DNA of 64,000 nt from an uncultured delta proteobacterium (lineage in GTDB: Bacteria > Desulfobacterota > Binatia > UBA9968), in NCBI GenBank assembly GCA_963728565.1, contig CAVSLC010000014.1, positions 1-64,000 of the forward strand. The letters run 5' to 3'. Within the stretch, counting starts at the first letter, position 1, and each line of letters starts with the position of its first letter. The notes below the pieces were generated by a model, which had not been told where the DNA came from, made no database searches, and worked only from the letters and a program-made list of their open reading frames with translations. This document shows positions 32,923 through 43,032 of this stretch, in pieces. Both the position numbers and the translations under genes were made by a program.

Positions 32923-33721
32923 ATGGCTGAACCAATGGGATTTTACACCGATACGACGGTCTGCATCGGCTGCAAAGCCTGCGAAGTCGCCTGCAAAGAA
33001 TGGAATCAACTGCCCAGCACCAACGGTGGTCAGAATACCTTGAGCGGCGACAGCTATGACAACACCCGCCAGCCTCGACGGCATCCACTGGCGCCATGTG
33101 AAATTCGTCGAGCAGTTCACCGAGGACCGCAAGGACGGCCGCTGGCTGCTGATGAGCGACGTGTGCAAGCACTGTGTGCAAGCCGCCTGCCTCGAGGTCT
33201 GCCCGACCGGCGCGATCATGCGAACCGAGTTCGATACGGTGGTCATTCAGTCCGACGCCTGCAACGGCTGCCGGGATTGCATCGCGGCCTGCCCGTTCGG
33301 CGTCATTGATATCAATCCGGTCTCCGGGACCGCCCAGAAGTGCACGCTTTGCTATGACCGGCTGCAGAGTCGGCATGGAGCCGGCTTGCTCCAAAGCCTG
33401 CCCGACCGATTCGATTCAGTTCGGCACGATCAAGGATCTGCGCGGCAGAGCGCAAAAAAGGGTGGAGCAGCTGCAACAAGGCGGCGAGAAACGCGCCTAT
33501 CTTTACGGCGCCGACGAAAAGATGTTGGCGGGCTTAATTCATTTTACCTGCTGGTGGACAAACCGGAAGTGTATGGACTGCCGCCGGACCCGAAGATGCC
33601 GACGCGCAATCTCGTTTCCGGTTCGCTCTTTTCGATGCTCGGCGCCGTTTTGGTCGGTTTAATCGGCATATTTAATTTCCGCAATCGCGGCGCGCGCGCG
33701 CGCGAGGAGACCCAGCCATGA
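32923..33721 (+). CDS. fdnH: Formate dehydrogenase Fe-S (beta) subunit (about 3 frameshifts)
   Basis: CIGCKACEVAC, CKHC..AAC.EVCP, CNGC..C..ACP, KCTLC.DR..PAC.KACP; C-terminal TM helix. Confidence 0.88.
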
Positions 33722-34625
33722 ATGGCATTCCTTCCAGCACCTACTTTACCGTTCCGCCCGATTGGGGTTGGCTGATTGTTTTTTACTTTTTTTTCGGCGG
33801 CCTCGCCGGCGGCTGTTATTTTATCGCTGTGTTGATCGATTTTTTCGGCAGGCCGGAAGATCGCCCGCTGGCGCGACTCGGCTATCTCATCTCGTTTCCC
33901 TGCCTCATCATAAGCGGCATCCTCTTGACGGTTGATCTGTATCGGCCGGAACGCTTCTGGCACATGCTGATCGAGTCCAATACATTCCAGCCGATGTTCA
34001 AATACTGGTCGCCAATGTCGGTAGGCTCCTGGGCGCTTTTGATATTCGGGATATTTTCTTTTCTATCTTTTCTCGGAGCGCTAGCTGAAAGCGGCCGAGT
34101 AACCTGGTCTGCGGCGCGCAGGTTGCGCCCGCCGGGGACAATCGGCGGCATCATTGCGATTATCGGCGGGCTCTTCTGCTTTTTATGTTGCCGGTTACAC
34201 GGGAGTGCTTCTGGCGGTGACCAACCGTCCGATCTGGTCGGACTCCCCGCTGCTTGGGGATGCTTTTTGTCGTCTCGGCGGCATCGATCTCGGCGGCATT
34301 GATGATTTTGCTTGCCGAGCGCAACCGCTGGACCATGCCCGGCCTCGCCGATTTGCACCGGATGGACATCTGGGTCCTCGCGCTGGAACTCATCGTCTTG
34401 ATCGCCTTCTTGATTTCACTCGGTCCGGTATTCCGCGCCTGGTTTAGCGTCTGGGGCGTGGTGCTTTTGTTGGGTGTTGTCGTGCTTGGAATGCTCGTGC
34501 CGCTATCGCTGTCGTGGCGCCGGCAGTGGCTCGGGGGTCTCAATGCCACGGCCAGCGCGGCGCTGGTGCTGATCGGCGGCTTTATTCTCCGCATGGCGAT
34601 CGTGCTCGGTGCCGAGGCAGTATGA
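33718..34625 (+). CDS. nrfD: NrfD/PsrC family membrane anchor (2 frameshifts)
   Basis: W.WLIVFYFFFGGLAGG, DL.RPERF, SPMSVGSW, YTGVLL, GGFILR. Confidence 0.88.
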
Positions 34626-34626
34626 C

Positions 34627-34855
34627 ATGAAGTTAGCGTTGTTGATGATCATTACGGCCGTTGTAACTGCTGGCTGCACAAGCCCGGAGGTGAGCCGTAG
34701 CCGCGGCGGTGGGCCGGGTGCCGATTGGGTAATCGAGGTTCAATCGTGCGCATGCACGAAGGCTCCCATCCCTTTGAAAAAACACCAAAAATTATCGGTG
34801 CCAAGCATCCGCCTCTGAATCCGCGCGCCAAGCTAGCGAGTTTGACCGTCGATGA
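34627..34855 (+). CDS. Small putative lipoprotein (2 frameshifts)
   Basis: MKLALLMIITAVVTAG-C lipobox; restored stop overlaps the fdhE ATG (ATGA). Confidence 0.55.
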
Positions 34856-35721
34856 CGGTGAACGACATTCAGGCTCTTGCTCGCGAGTACCCGGATTGGC
34901 AGCCGTGGCTCCTGGTCGTCGACGCAGTGATGTGCGAAGCGACCGATCCAAGCTGGGAAACGTGGGTTCCCAGCGGCGGAATCTCAGGCCGCTCATGTGC
35001 CACTACTAGCGGGAGCCATAACGGCGGACATCGGCAAAGTTCGCCGCTGGCAAGAACATCTCCTACAAACCGCGGCCCGAAGCGGCGCACCTAAAATGTC
35101 GCCGCTCAAGGTCTTCGCAAAAACTGCAATGAACACTGCGGCGATTTTTGAAGCGGCCTTGTGTGAGAATGGCGCGGGGCTGAAGCAGGTGGCGGATGAC
35201 CTGGGTGTGGATCCCGACCCGTTTTCCGCCGTTACGCCTTGATCCCCATGCCTTTTCTGCACGCCTGCAACCGGCGCTGGCAAGGATCGCGAGCACCGGG
35301 GTGGACGGCAGGCTATTGTCCCACATGCGGCGCGTGGCCGGCTTTTGCCGAAATGCGAGGTATAGAACGAAGCCGCTACTTGCGCTGCGGCCGTTGCGGC
35401 GCCGAGTGGCAGGCGCATGGTTTATTTTGCTTTTTGCGGCAATAGCGACCATAAAGAACTTGGATCGCTTCTGCCGGAAAAGTCCGGCTCTACCCGCGCC
35501 ATCGATACCTGTAACCGCTGTCGCGGCTATCTCAAGACATTCACCAAACTGCAGGGCAGCGCTCCAACCAAGATAATGTTGGACGATCTCGCCAGCGTCG
35601 ACTTAGACATTGCGGCGTTGGAGCAAGGCTTCAAACGGCCGGCGGGACCCGGTTACGCTCTGAATAGTAAAGTGGTAGCCAAGCCGAGTTTGGGCAGCGG
35701 ATTTTTGGCCCGAGCGTATGA
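34852..35721 (+). CDS. fdhE: Formate dehydrogenase accessory protein FdhE (several frameshifts)
   Basis: GYCPTCGAWP, RYLRCGRCGAEW, C..CGN.DH, CNRCRGYLK, DDLASVDLD. Confidence 0.88.
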
Positions 35722-36073
35722 GTCAATCGATCCTTCGTCCCGCGTGGGTGTGCAAAGCTTTGCTGGCGGCACTCGAGGCCTCGGAAGGAAGGCGACGCAG
35801 CCGCAAACGCGACCAAACCCCTGACGACATCGGCTTGACATTCAAGCGGGAGTTGCTCGAACAGGCCGTCAGAGACGATCCGGAGCCGGAAGCTTTCGAA
35901 CAATGGCTGCTCGACTACACAGCCATCCATGATTCGGCCGGCGGGATCTTGCGATGGCGAGAGCGGTTTTTGAAGAATGGCGGCTGGCTCATTCTATGGG
36001 TGAATTTAAATCCTGGCTCGAACAGGGCGCTCCATCCGACGATGCCAGTGAAGACTCCTCGTCCCGGCACTAA
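35718..36073 (+). CDS. Hypothetical protein coupled to fdhE (frameshift near 35950)
   Basis: ALEASEGRRRSRKRDQTPD..KRELLE..DPEP; second frame AVFEEWRLA..WLEQGAPSDDA; ATGA overlap. Confidence 0.65.
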
Positions 36074-36108
36074 ACCAACAACACGAATCCGCAAAAGGAC
36101 GTCTCTAG

Positions 36109-36636
36109 TTGCCAAAAGCCGCACCTCCAGACCTGCGCGAAAAAATATCCAGCGTCTTTACCCGCATCGAAGATGTGACATACGTCGGCCTCGGCGTTTT
36201 GACTGGCGGTCAGCGCGTTAGTACTTCTTTTTGCCGCCGCATGGTCGTTGATCGAGGGGCTTTCTTCTCCGGTCCTGCAAAAGATCTCACCGTCGATGTC
36301 CTCGATCAAATTCTTCTGGTGTTGATGATCATCGAGATCCTTTCTACCGTCCAGGTATCGTTTCGCGAGCATGTACTGACACCCGAGCCATTCCTGGTCG
36401 TCGGTTTGATCGCCGCCATTCGGCGCATCCTCATTATCACCGCCGAATTTTCCAGTCCATCTGAAATCCTCGAAGCTGCTTTCCGAAACGCCATGTTCGA
36501 ATTGGGTCTGTTAACGGTTTTGATATTTTCCCTGGTATTTTCTCTGTACTTCCTCAAAAAGAATCGAGCCGGCCAGCGTCGAACGCGAGTGATTGTCCCC
36601 GACACGTCGCGAGTCAAACTTTTCCCGCCAATGTAA
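36109..36636 (+). CDS. PsiE family membrane protein
   Basis: LDQILLVLMIIEILSTV, EPFLVVGLIAAIRRILII. Confidence 0.75.
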   Translation: MPKAAPPDLREKISSVFTRIEDVTYVGLGVLTGGQRVSTSFCRRMVVDRGAFFSGPAKDLTVDVLDQILLVLMIIEILSTVQVSFREHVLTPEPFLVVGLIAAIRRILIITAEFSSPSEILEAAFRNAMFELGLLTVLIFSLVFSLYFLKKNRAGQRRTRVIVPDTSRVKLFPPM

Positions 36637-36997
36637 GTTGCCTCGCTCTGCCGCCGCGGAACTAGTCGCGTACCGGTTGGCGCTGTGCTTTTATCCATAG
36701 CGGTGAGCCTATCCATTTAATCTTGTTCAACCGGCTAATTTGGGATACATACCTGCCGAGCAATCTATCCACAGTATAGCCGATGTAAAGTCAGTTGCGG
36801 CAACGGAGAATTAAGTTGGAAACGAGTGGTTATCTGGGCGGCGCGACGATTTGATGATCGTTTTTGGCTCCGGGCTTCCAGCGCCTCAGAGCAAATGTTT
36901 AGCGTCACAATTGCCTGCACCCGCGACCTTAATGATGGGAGTTGCCAAAAGAGATGATCCTCGAAAGCGGAAGGCATAGATAAACGGGAGGTATTTT

Positions 36998-37892
36998 ACG
37001 GCGCAATCTTGGTTTTGTCGGACTCGGCGTGATGGGCAGCCGCATGGTCAAGCGGCTGCTCGATGCCGGCCACTCGGTAACGGGCTATAACCGAACCCGC
37101 GCCAAAGCCCAATGGCTTCTCGACACCGGCATGAAGTGGGCCGAAACTCCGCGCGCCGTCGCAGACTCCGCTGACGTCGTTTTCTCAATGGTCTCCGATA
37201 CTGCGGCACTGCAAGCGATCACCGCAGGAACTCATGGCATCGTCGCTGGACTTGCCGCCGGTAAAATCTACGTCGATATGAGCACGGTAAGCCCTGCTGC
37301 CAGCCGTGACATCGCCCGGCAGGTCGCAGCTAAAGGAGCGCATATGCTCGATGCGCCGGTTTCGGGCAGCGTCATTACCTTGGAAGAGGGCAAGCTATCG
37401 TTCATGGTCGGCGGCGATCGCGTCGCCTTTGAACGGGTGCTACCGATTCTCGAAGCGATCGGACCAAAGGTCACTTACGTCGGCGGCAATGGATTGGCAG
37501 TCTCCATGAAAATTGCCACCAATCTCAGCCTGGCCGTGCAAATGCTTGCCTTTAGCGAAGGAGTGCTGCTGGCGGAGAAGAGCGGCATTACACGGGAGAC
37601 CGCCGTGGAAGTTCTCCTCAACAGCGTTATCGCCTCGCCGATGGTGAAATACCGCGGGCCGTTTGTCTTGAACATGCCCGAAGAAGCCTGGTTCGATGTG
37701 AACATGATGCAGAAGGATCTACTCCTCGCTTTAGAGATGGGTATTAAGCTGGATGTGCCGCTGCCGACTACAGCGATTACCAATCAGATGCTCACGAGCG
37801 CGCGCGCCGCAGGGCTCGCCGAAAAAGATTTCGCGATTTTGTTTGACGTGCTGTCCAAGATGGCCGGGGCGAAGAGTGGCGGAATGGACTAA
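36998..37892 (+). CDS. NAD(P)-dependent beta-hydroxyacid dehydrogenase (3-hydroxyisobutyrate DH family); start region damaged
   Basis: GFVGLGVMG, DMST, DAPVSGS, K..TN, KDL; GGAGG then ACG-GCG-C-AAT where ATG-GCG-AAT is expected. Confidence 0.9.
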
Positions 37893-37910
37893 CGGGTTAG
37901 GAGATCTTTG

Positions 37911-37936
37911 CATCACTCCAACACTCCATTACTCCA
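37911..37936. repeat. 8-bp tandem repeat CAnnACTC x3
   Basis: CATCACTC CAACACTC CATTACTC CA. Confidence 0.7.
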
Positions 37937-37956
37937 AGGCCTATGACGATACCCCG

Positions 37957-38964
37957 ATGGCGCGATCCAAAAAAGACAAAGTAAAGCCAACAAAAAGCGC
38001 CGCGGCTCACGATGAACGGTGGATTCATTTCTATCGGCAAATGGTGAAGATCCGTCGCTTCGAGGAAGAGGTCAATCAACTCTATCTCGGCGCCAAGATG
38101 CCCGGCCTTGCCCACTTGTATATCGGCCAGGAGGCGATGGCCGTGGGCGTCTGTGAAGCGCTGCGGCGCGACGACTATATAACCAGCACGCACCGGGGCC
38201 ATGGCCACTGCCTAGCCAAGGGCGCCGCTGTGGACAGGATGTTTGCCGAACTGCTCGGCAAAGAGGCCGGATACTGCCGCGGCAAAGGCGGCTCCATGCA
38301 CATTGCCGATCAAGAGACCGGCAACCTGGGCGCCAACGCAATCGTCGGCGGCAGCGCCGCGATGGCCACTGGCGCGGGCCTATCGATAAAGATGCGCAGC
38401 ACCGATCAAGTGGCGATCTGTTTTTTCGGCGACGGCGCTCTAGGACAAGGACTGCTCTACGAGGCGATGAATATGGCATCGCTGTGGAAACTGCCGGTCA
38501 TCTACGTTTGCGAGAACAATCAATACAACGAATATACCAATTATCGAGAGACCACCGCCGGCGAAGTATCGGCCCGCGCCGAAGCTTTTGGCATTCACAG
38601 CCGAACCATCGATGGTCAGGACGTGCGCATGGTGCACGCTACCAGTCTCGAACTAGTCAAGCGCGCCCGGCGCGGTGACGGGCCGGCATTCTTACACTGC
38701 AACACTTACCGTTTCCACGGTCACCATGTGGGTGACATCGATCGCTCCTACTACCGATCCAAGAGGGAAGAAGAAGATTGGAAGACCCGGCGCGATCCGG
38801 TAATTCTCCTTGGGGATTGGCTGCAGAAAAACAAATTGGCCGATAGGAGCCTGTTACAAACAGTCGATAACGAAGTTTCGCAAGAGATCATCAGCGCGGT
38901 GAACTTCGCTTTGGCGGCTCCTTTTCCCGCGGCCGACGAGGTAGACCAGCATGTCTACGCCTAG
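37957..38964 (+). CDS. TPP-dependent dehydrogenase E1 alpha (pyruvate/acetoin type)
   Basis: STHRGHGH, GKGGSMH, GDGA..ENN, TYRFHGH. Confidence 0.93.
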   Translation: MARSKKDKVKPTKSAAAHDERWIHFYRQMVKIRRFEEEVNQLYLGAKMPGLAHLYIGQEAMAVGVCEALRRDDYITSTHRGHGHCLAKGAAVDRMFAELLGKEAGYCRGKGGSMHIADQETGNLGANAIVGGSAAMATGAGLSIKMRSTDQVAICFFGDGALGQGLLYEAMNMASLWKLPVIYVCENNQYNEYTNYRETTAGEVSARAEAFGIHSRTIDGQDVRMVHATSLELVKRARRGDGPAFLHCNTYRFHGHHVGDIDRSYYRSKREEEDWKTRRDPVILLGDWLQKNKLADRSLLQTVDNEVSQEIISAVNFALAAPFPAADEVDQHVYA

Positions 38965-40040
38965 GACTCCGGCAGCGTCTCCTCGCCGATGGGCAGAGGG
39001 AAAGAATGCTGGGAACCCATCACAGGCGACCAGCGCAAGTATCAAGCCCAGCCGCGAGATCACCTTCAGCCAAGCCATCAACGAGGCGCTATCCGAGGAG
39101 ATGCGCCGCGACCCGGCTGTGTTTATCATCGGTGAAGATGTCGCCGAGGCCGGAACACCGTTCAAAGTATTATCGGGACTGGTCGGGGAATTCGGCACTC
39201 AGCGGGTTATCGATTCGCCGATTTCAGAAGCGGGCATCAGCGGTATCGGCGTTGGCGCCGCTATGACTGGAATGCGGCCTGTGGTGGATATCATGTTCGG
39301 CGATTTCTTGACCTTGACGATGGATCAGCTGGTCAATCAGGCAGCGAAAATTCACTATATGTCCGGCGGCAAGCTTAAAGTGCCAATGGTGCTACGAACG
39401 ACTTTAGGCGCAACCCGCCGCTCAGCGGCGCAGCACAGCCAGAGCCTTCACGCCTGGGTCAGTCATGTTCCCGGATTGAAAGTCGTCGTGCCGTCGACGC
39501 CCTACGATGCCAAGGGTCTGCTCAAAAGCGCCATTCGCGATGACAATCCGGTCGTCTTCTTCGAGGACAAAATGATGTACCAGCTGAAAGGGCCAGTCCC
39601 GGCCGAGGAATACACGATCCCGTTGGGAGTGGCTGATATCAAGCGCGCCGGCAACGATATCACGCTGGTGGCAACCAGCAGCATGGTGCATGTCGCCCTG
39701 GCGGCGGCGGCAGTGTTGGCAAGTGACGGGATTCAGCGCCGAAGTTATCGATGTCAGGACGACCGCGCCGCTGGACACAGACACCCTCGTTCAATCGGCC
39801 AAAAAAACCAGCCGCGCCATCGTCATCGACGAAGGTTATGAGAACTACGGTGTCACGGCAGAAATTGCTTCGGTGATCGCCGACGGCGCCTTTTACTATC
39901 TCGACGCGCCCGTCAAGCGCATGGGCGCCATGAATGTGCCGGTGCCGTTTTCGCCCGTGCTTGAAGATCAAACCGTGCCGACAACCGAATCGGTCGCTGG
40001 GGTGGCAAAGAAACTGTGCAACAAACAGGCGACAGAGTAA
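38951..40040 (+). CDS. TPP-dependent dehydrogenase E1 beta (frameshift near 39735)
   Basis: GEDV, DSPISE, DQLVNQAAK, AAQHSQ, LDAPVKR. Confidence 0.92.
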
Positions 40041-40046
40041 GAAATG

Positions 40047-40200
40047 GTTCAAGCCGTTCAAATGGTTCAAAATGTTCAAACCGTCCGAAAACCAAAATCC
40101 GACCCGAAGCTATTGGGACTCATTCACGTCTGAAGCAATGTGGAACGCCTTTAGTGCCTTTAACAGCTTGAACGATTTGAACGGCTTGAACTTTTTGAAC
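40047..40200. repeat. Inverted pair of 9-bp-period tandem arrays (GTTCAAnnn x4 / TTGAACnnn x4)
   Basis: GTTCAA at 40047, 40056, 40065, 40074; TTGAAC at 40168, 40177, 40186, 40195. Confidence 0.85.
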
Positions 40201-40221
40201 AGTTTTGTGTGGGAGTCACTC

Positions 40222-41538
40222 ATGGGTTTGAAAACCTTCGGTCTAATGGCCGTGGATTGGGAAGAGCGGGTCAATATCGAGCGGCTGCGGCAGGAGCGGC
40301 TGGCGCGGGTGAAAAATGCGCTGAAGAAATCCGAAATCGGCGCGCTGCTCTGTTTCGATATGAACAACATTCGCTATATCACCGCGACGCATATCGGCAC
40401 TTGGGCGATGGACAAACTGGTGCGCTTCTCACTGTTGCCGCAGGACGATGACCCGATCCTATGGGACTTCGGCTCGGCGGCTCGGCACCATCAAATTTAC
40501 TGCCCCTGGCTGGGCGAACGGTCGCGCGCCGGCATCTCGACCTTGCGCGGCGCAACTAATCCGGGCTCCGGATTGGCCGAAGACGTGGCGAAGAAAATCC
40601 GCCTCGAGCTGGAGCAGCGCAAGCTCTTGAATGAGCCGGTCGGAGTCGATGTTATCGAGATTCCCGTGCTGTTTGCCTTGCAGTCGCAGGGCATCAAGGT
40701 TGTCGATGGCCAGCAACTCATGCACGAAGTACGAAAGATCAAAACTCAAGATGAAATAACCTTGCTCAACACCGCGACGATGATGGTGGATGCGGCTTAC
40801 GACGAGCTTTATCGATTCATGAAGCCGGGAGTGAAGGAAAACGAATGCGTCGGAGTGGTGAGCAAGGTACTTTACGATCTCGGCTCCGAGCATGTTGAAG
40901 GCGTCAACGCGATCTCGGGAGAACGCTGCAGTCCCCATCCGCACGTCTACACCGATCGCGTCCTCCGGCCTGGTGATCCGGCCTTTTTCGACATTTTGCA
41001 CAGCTTCAATGGTTATCGCACCTGCTACTATCGAACTTTCGCCGTCGGCAGCGCGTCGCCGGCGATGGTCGACGCCTACAAGCGCTGCCGCGACTACATG
41101 GACGCGGCGATCAGCATCGTCAAGCCGGGAATCACCACCGCAGATGTCGTCAAGCTCTGGCCCAGGGCAGAGGAATTCGGCTTTGCCAACGAAGAGGCGG
41201 CCTTTGCGTTGCAGTACGGCCATGGGGTTGGCTTATCGATTTGGGAAAAACCGATTTTCAGCCGGCTCGTTTCATTGGACCATCCTGAGGTCATCGAAGA
41301 AGGCATGGTGTTCGCCCTGGAAACCTATTGGCCGGCAAGCGATGGCTGGTCGGCAGCACGTCTCGAAGAAGAAGTGGTGGTGACCAAAGACGGCTGCGAA
41401 ATCATCACACGATTTCCATCGGAGAAGCTGCTGGTTGCCGGCACTCACTACTTCACTGCCGGCGGAGAGTTGCCGACCACGCGGGAAACGCAGTCGGCAT
41501 TGAATAACCCCGGCGCGCTGGAACGGATAAGGGGTTAG
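40222..41538 (+). CDS. M24 (Xaa-Pro peptidase/creatinase) family protein
   Basis: NIRY, RKIKTQDEI, GHGVG, GMVFALE, RLEE; GGGAG RBS. Confidence 0.9.
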   Translation: MGLKTFGLMAVDWEERVNIERLRQERLARVKNALKKSEIGALLCFDMNNIRYITATHIGTWAMDKLVRFSLLPQDDDPILWDFGSAARHHQIYCPWLGERSRAGISTLRGATNPGSGLAEDVAKKIRLELEQRKLLNEPVGVDVIEIPVLFALQSQGIKVVDGQQLMHEVRKIKTQDEITLLNTATMMVDAAYDELYRFMKPGVKENECVGVVSKVLYDLGSEHVEGVNAISGERCSPHPHVYTDRVLRPGDPAFFDILHSFNGYRTCYYRTFAVGSASPAMVDAYKRCRDYMDAAISIVKPGITTADVVKLWPRAEEFGFANEEAAFALQYGHGVGLSIWEKPIFSRLVSLDHPEVIEEGMVFALETYWPASDGWSAARLEEEVVVTKDGCEIITRFPSEKLLVAGTHYFTAGGELPTTRETQSALNNPGALERIRG

Positions 41539-41684
41539 GAGGGTGCTGAAAAGACCCATCTGCTTCGTTGCACTCGCCCGACTCGCTTCAACGTACTGAA
41601 GCGTACGCCTCAGCTTGTCGGACTTCGCGCGCCTGGCATCTGAGATCTTTTTGAGCAGCCTGCAAAAAGAGTTTTGGAGCTTGT
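41539..41684. mobile_element. Miniature inverted-repeat element (MITE/REP-like)
   Basis: AGGGTGCTGAAAAG...CTTTTTGAGCAGCCT inverted ends, internal CGTAC-TGAAGC-GTACG hairpin, flanked by TAG on both sides. Confidence 0.6.
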
Positions 41685-41731
41685 TAGATTTGACTCTTTG
41701 TGATCGGACTACCGCTTGTACGTCTTCAACA

Positions 41732-41820
41732 ATGGAGCCGTTGGAATGATTAAAACGATTGGAACAGTGTGTCTTTCCGGATTGGACGTTGAACTATTGA
41801 ACCTTTGAACTGTTGAACTG
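41732..41820. repeat. 9-bp (TTGGAAnnn-like x4) and 8-bp (TTGAACnn x4) tandem arrays
   Basis: TTGAACTA TTGAACCT TTGAACTG TTGAACTG at 41789-41820, ending 5 nt before the E2 ATG. Confidence 0.8.
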
Positions 41821-41825
41821 AATTT

Positions 41826-43025
41826 ATGCCGACGAATGTCATCATGCCCGCCCTCGGCGTAGCCCAAGAAAAAGGCACGCTGATCAACTGGCTCAAGGCC
41901 GAAGGTCAGACAGTGACTAAAGGCGAGCCGCTGATGGAGGTCGAGACCGACAAAGCAACGGTCGAAATCGAAGCGGCGGCCTCAGGAGTTCTGATAAACG
42001 TCACCGCGGCCGCTGGGGACGAAGTGCCGGTTGGTCACACTATCGCGCTGATCCTGGCGCCGGGCGAAACTATACCGGAACCAGCGACTGCCCCAGCATC
42101 CGCCTCAATAAAAGAAATTTCCCCACAAGCGTCTGCCGAGTCTAAGCTCGAGGATAGAGCTGAAACTCGAAAGCCAACACCGCGAATTCCAGGCTCGCGC
42201 ATTTTAGCCTCCCCGGCAGCCAGGAGAATCGCGCGCGAAGAAGGGATCGATCTCGGAGCCTTGAACGGTAGCGGTCCGGAGGGCAGCGTGCTAATCGCGG
42301 ATGTACGGCGGGCCAAAGAAAAACAAACGCCTGAACCGGCAGCGGCGCAGCGGGTCAGCCGGCTGGTGCCGCTAAGCCCGATGCGCCGGATTGTCGGCGA
42401 GCGCATGACCCAGAGCAAACAGAGCGCGCCGCACTTCTATATCAGCATGGATATCGACATGACAGCCATTGTCGGGATGAGAAATAGATGGAAGCAGCGC
42501 GGCGAGAGAACGCTTCCATCAATCAACGATTTTGTCTTGAGCGCCTGCGCCCTTACCTTGAAAGATTTTCCCATCTTGAATGCAAGATTTACCCAGGAAG
42601 GAATCGAGTTTTTGCCAGAGATCAACATCGGCATGGCGGTGGCTCTCGAAGAAGGTCTGGTGGTGCCGGTCATTCGTAATGCTGACCGGCTGAGCCTCGG
42701 CGACATGGCGCAACAGAGCCGGCAATTGTCCGATAAAGCACAACACAAGAAATTATTGCCCTTCGATTACGAAGGCGGAACTTTCACGGTCTCCAACCTC
42801 GGCATGCTCGGGGTCGACAATTTCGTCGCGATCATTAATCCGCCGCAATGCGCTATTCTCGCGGTGGGCCGCGTTGCGCCGCGTGCCGTCGCCGATGAAG
42901 TCGGCATCGCGGTGCGATCGATAATGACCGCCACATTGTCCGCCGATCATCGCGTCGCCGATGGAGCGATCGCCGCGCGCTTCCTGGCGGAATTCAAGCG
43001 ACGCATGGAAAACCCTGATCGTTGA
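41826..43025 (+). CDS. Dihydrolipoamide acyltransferase (E2)
   Basis: Lipoyl ETDKA, ASPAARRIA E3-binding domain, SADHRVADG. Confidence 0.95.
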   Translation: MPTNVIMPALGVAQEKGTLINWLKAEGQTVTKGEPLMEVETDKATVEIEAAASGVLINVTAAAGDEVPVGHTIALILAPGETIPEPATAPASASIKEISPQASAESKLEDRAETRKPTPRIPGSRILASPAARRIAREEGIDLGALNGSGPEGSVLIADVRRAKEKQTPEPAAAQRVSRLVPLSPMRRIVGERMTQSKQSAPHFYISMDIDMTAIVGMRNRWKQRGERTLPSINDFVLSACALTLKDFPILNARFTQEGIEFLPEINIGMAVALEEGLVVPVIRNADRLSLGDMAQQSRQLSDKAQHKKLLPFDYEGGTFTVSNLGMLGVDNFVAIINPPQCAILAVGRVAPRAVADEVGIAVRSIMTATLSADHRVADGAIAARFLAEFKRRMENPDR

Positions 43026-43032
43026 TTTTCGC

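Noticed and set aside
32829-32930. 33-aa ORF MKAVIVLVTF... overlapping the fdnG stop
   Set aside because: Too short, in an error-prone region, with no recognisable motif; left unannotated.
2152-39760. Programmed ribosomal frameshifting in tauD, glnE, MBL and E1 beta
   Set aside because: No consistent slippery sites; these families are not known to be recoded; sequencing indels are simpler.
39934-40221. N-terminal extension of the M24 ORF (KWFKPFKWFK..., LNDLNGLN...)
   Set aside because: It is a translation of the DNA repeats; an RBS-preceded ATG lies at 40222.
40047-41820. Phased GTTCAA/TTGAAC arrays as CRISPR
   Set aside because: Units are 8-9 bp with no 25-40 bp spacers and no cas genes.
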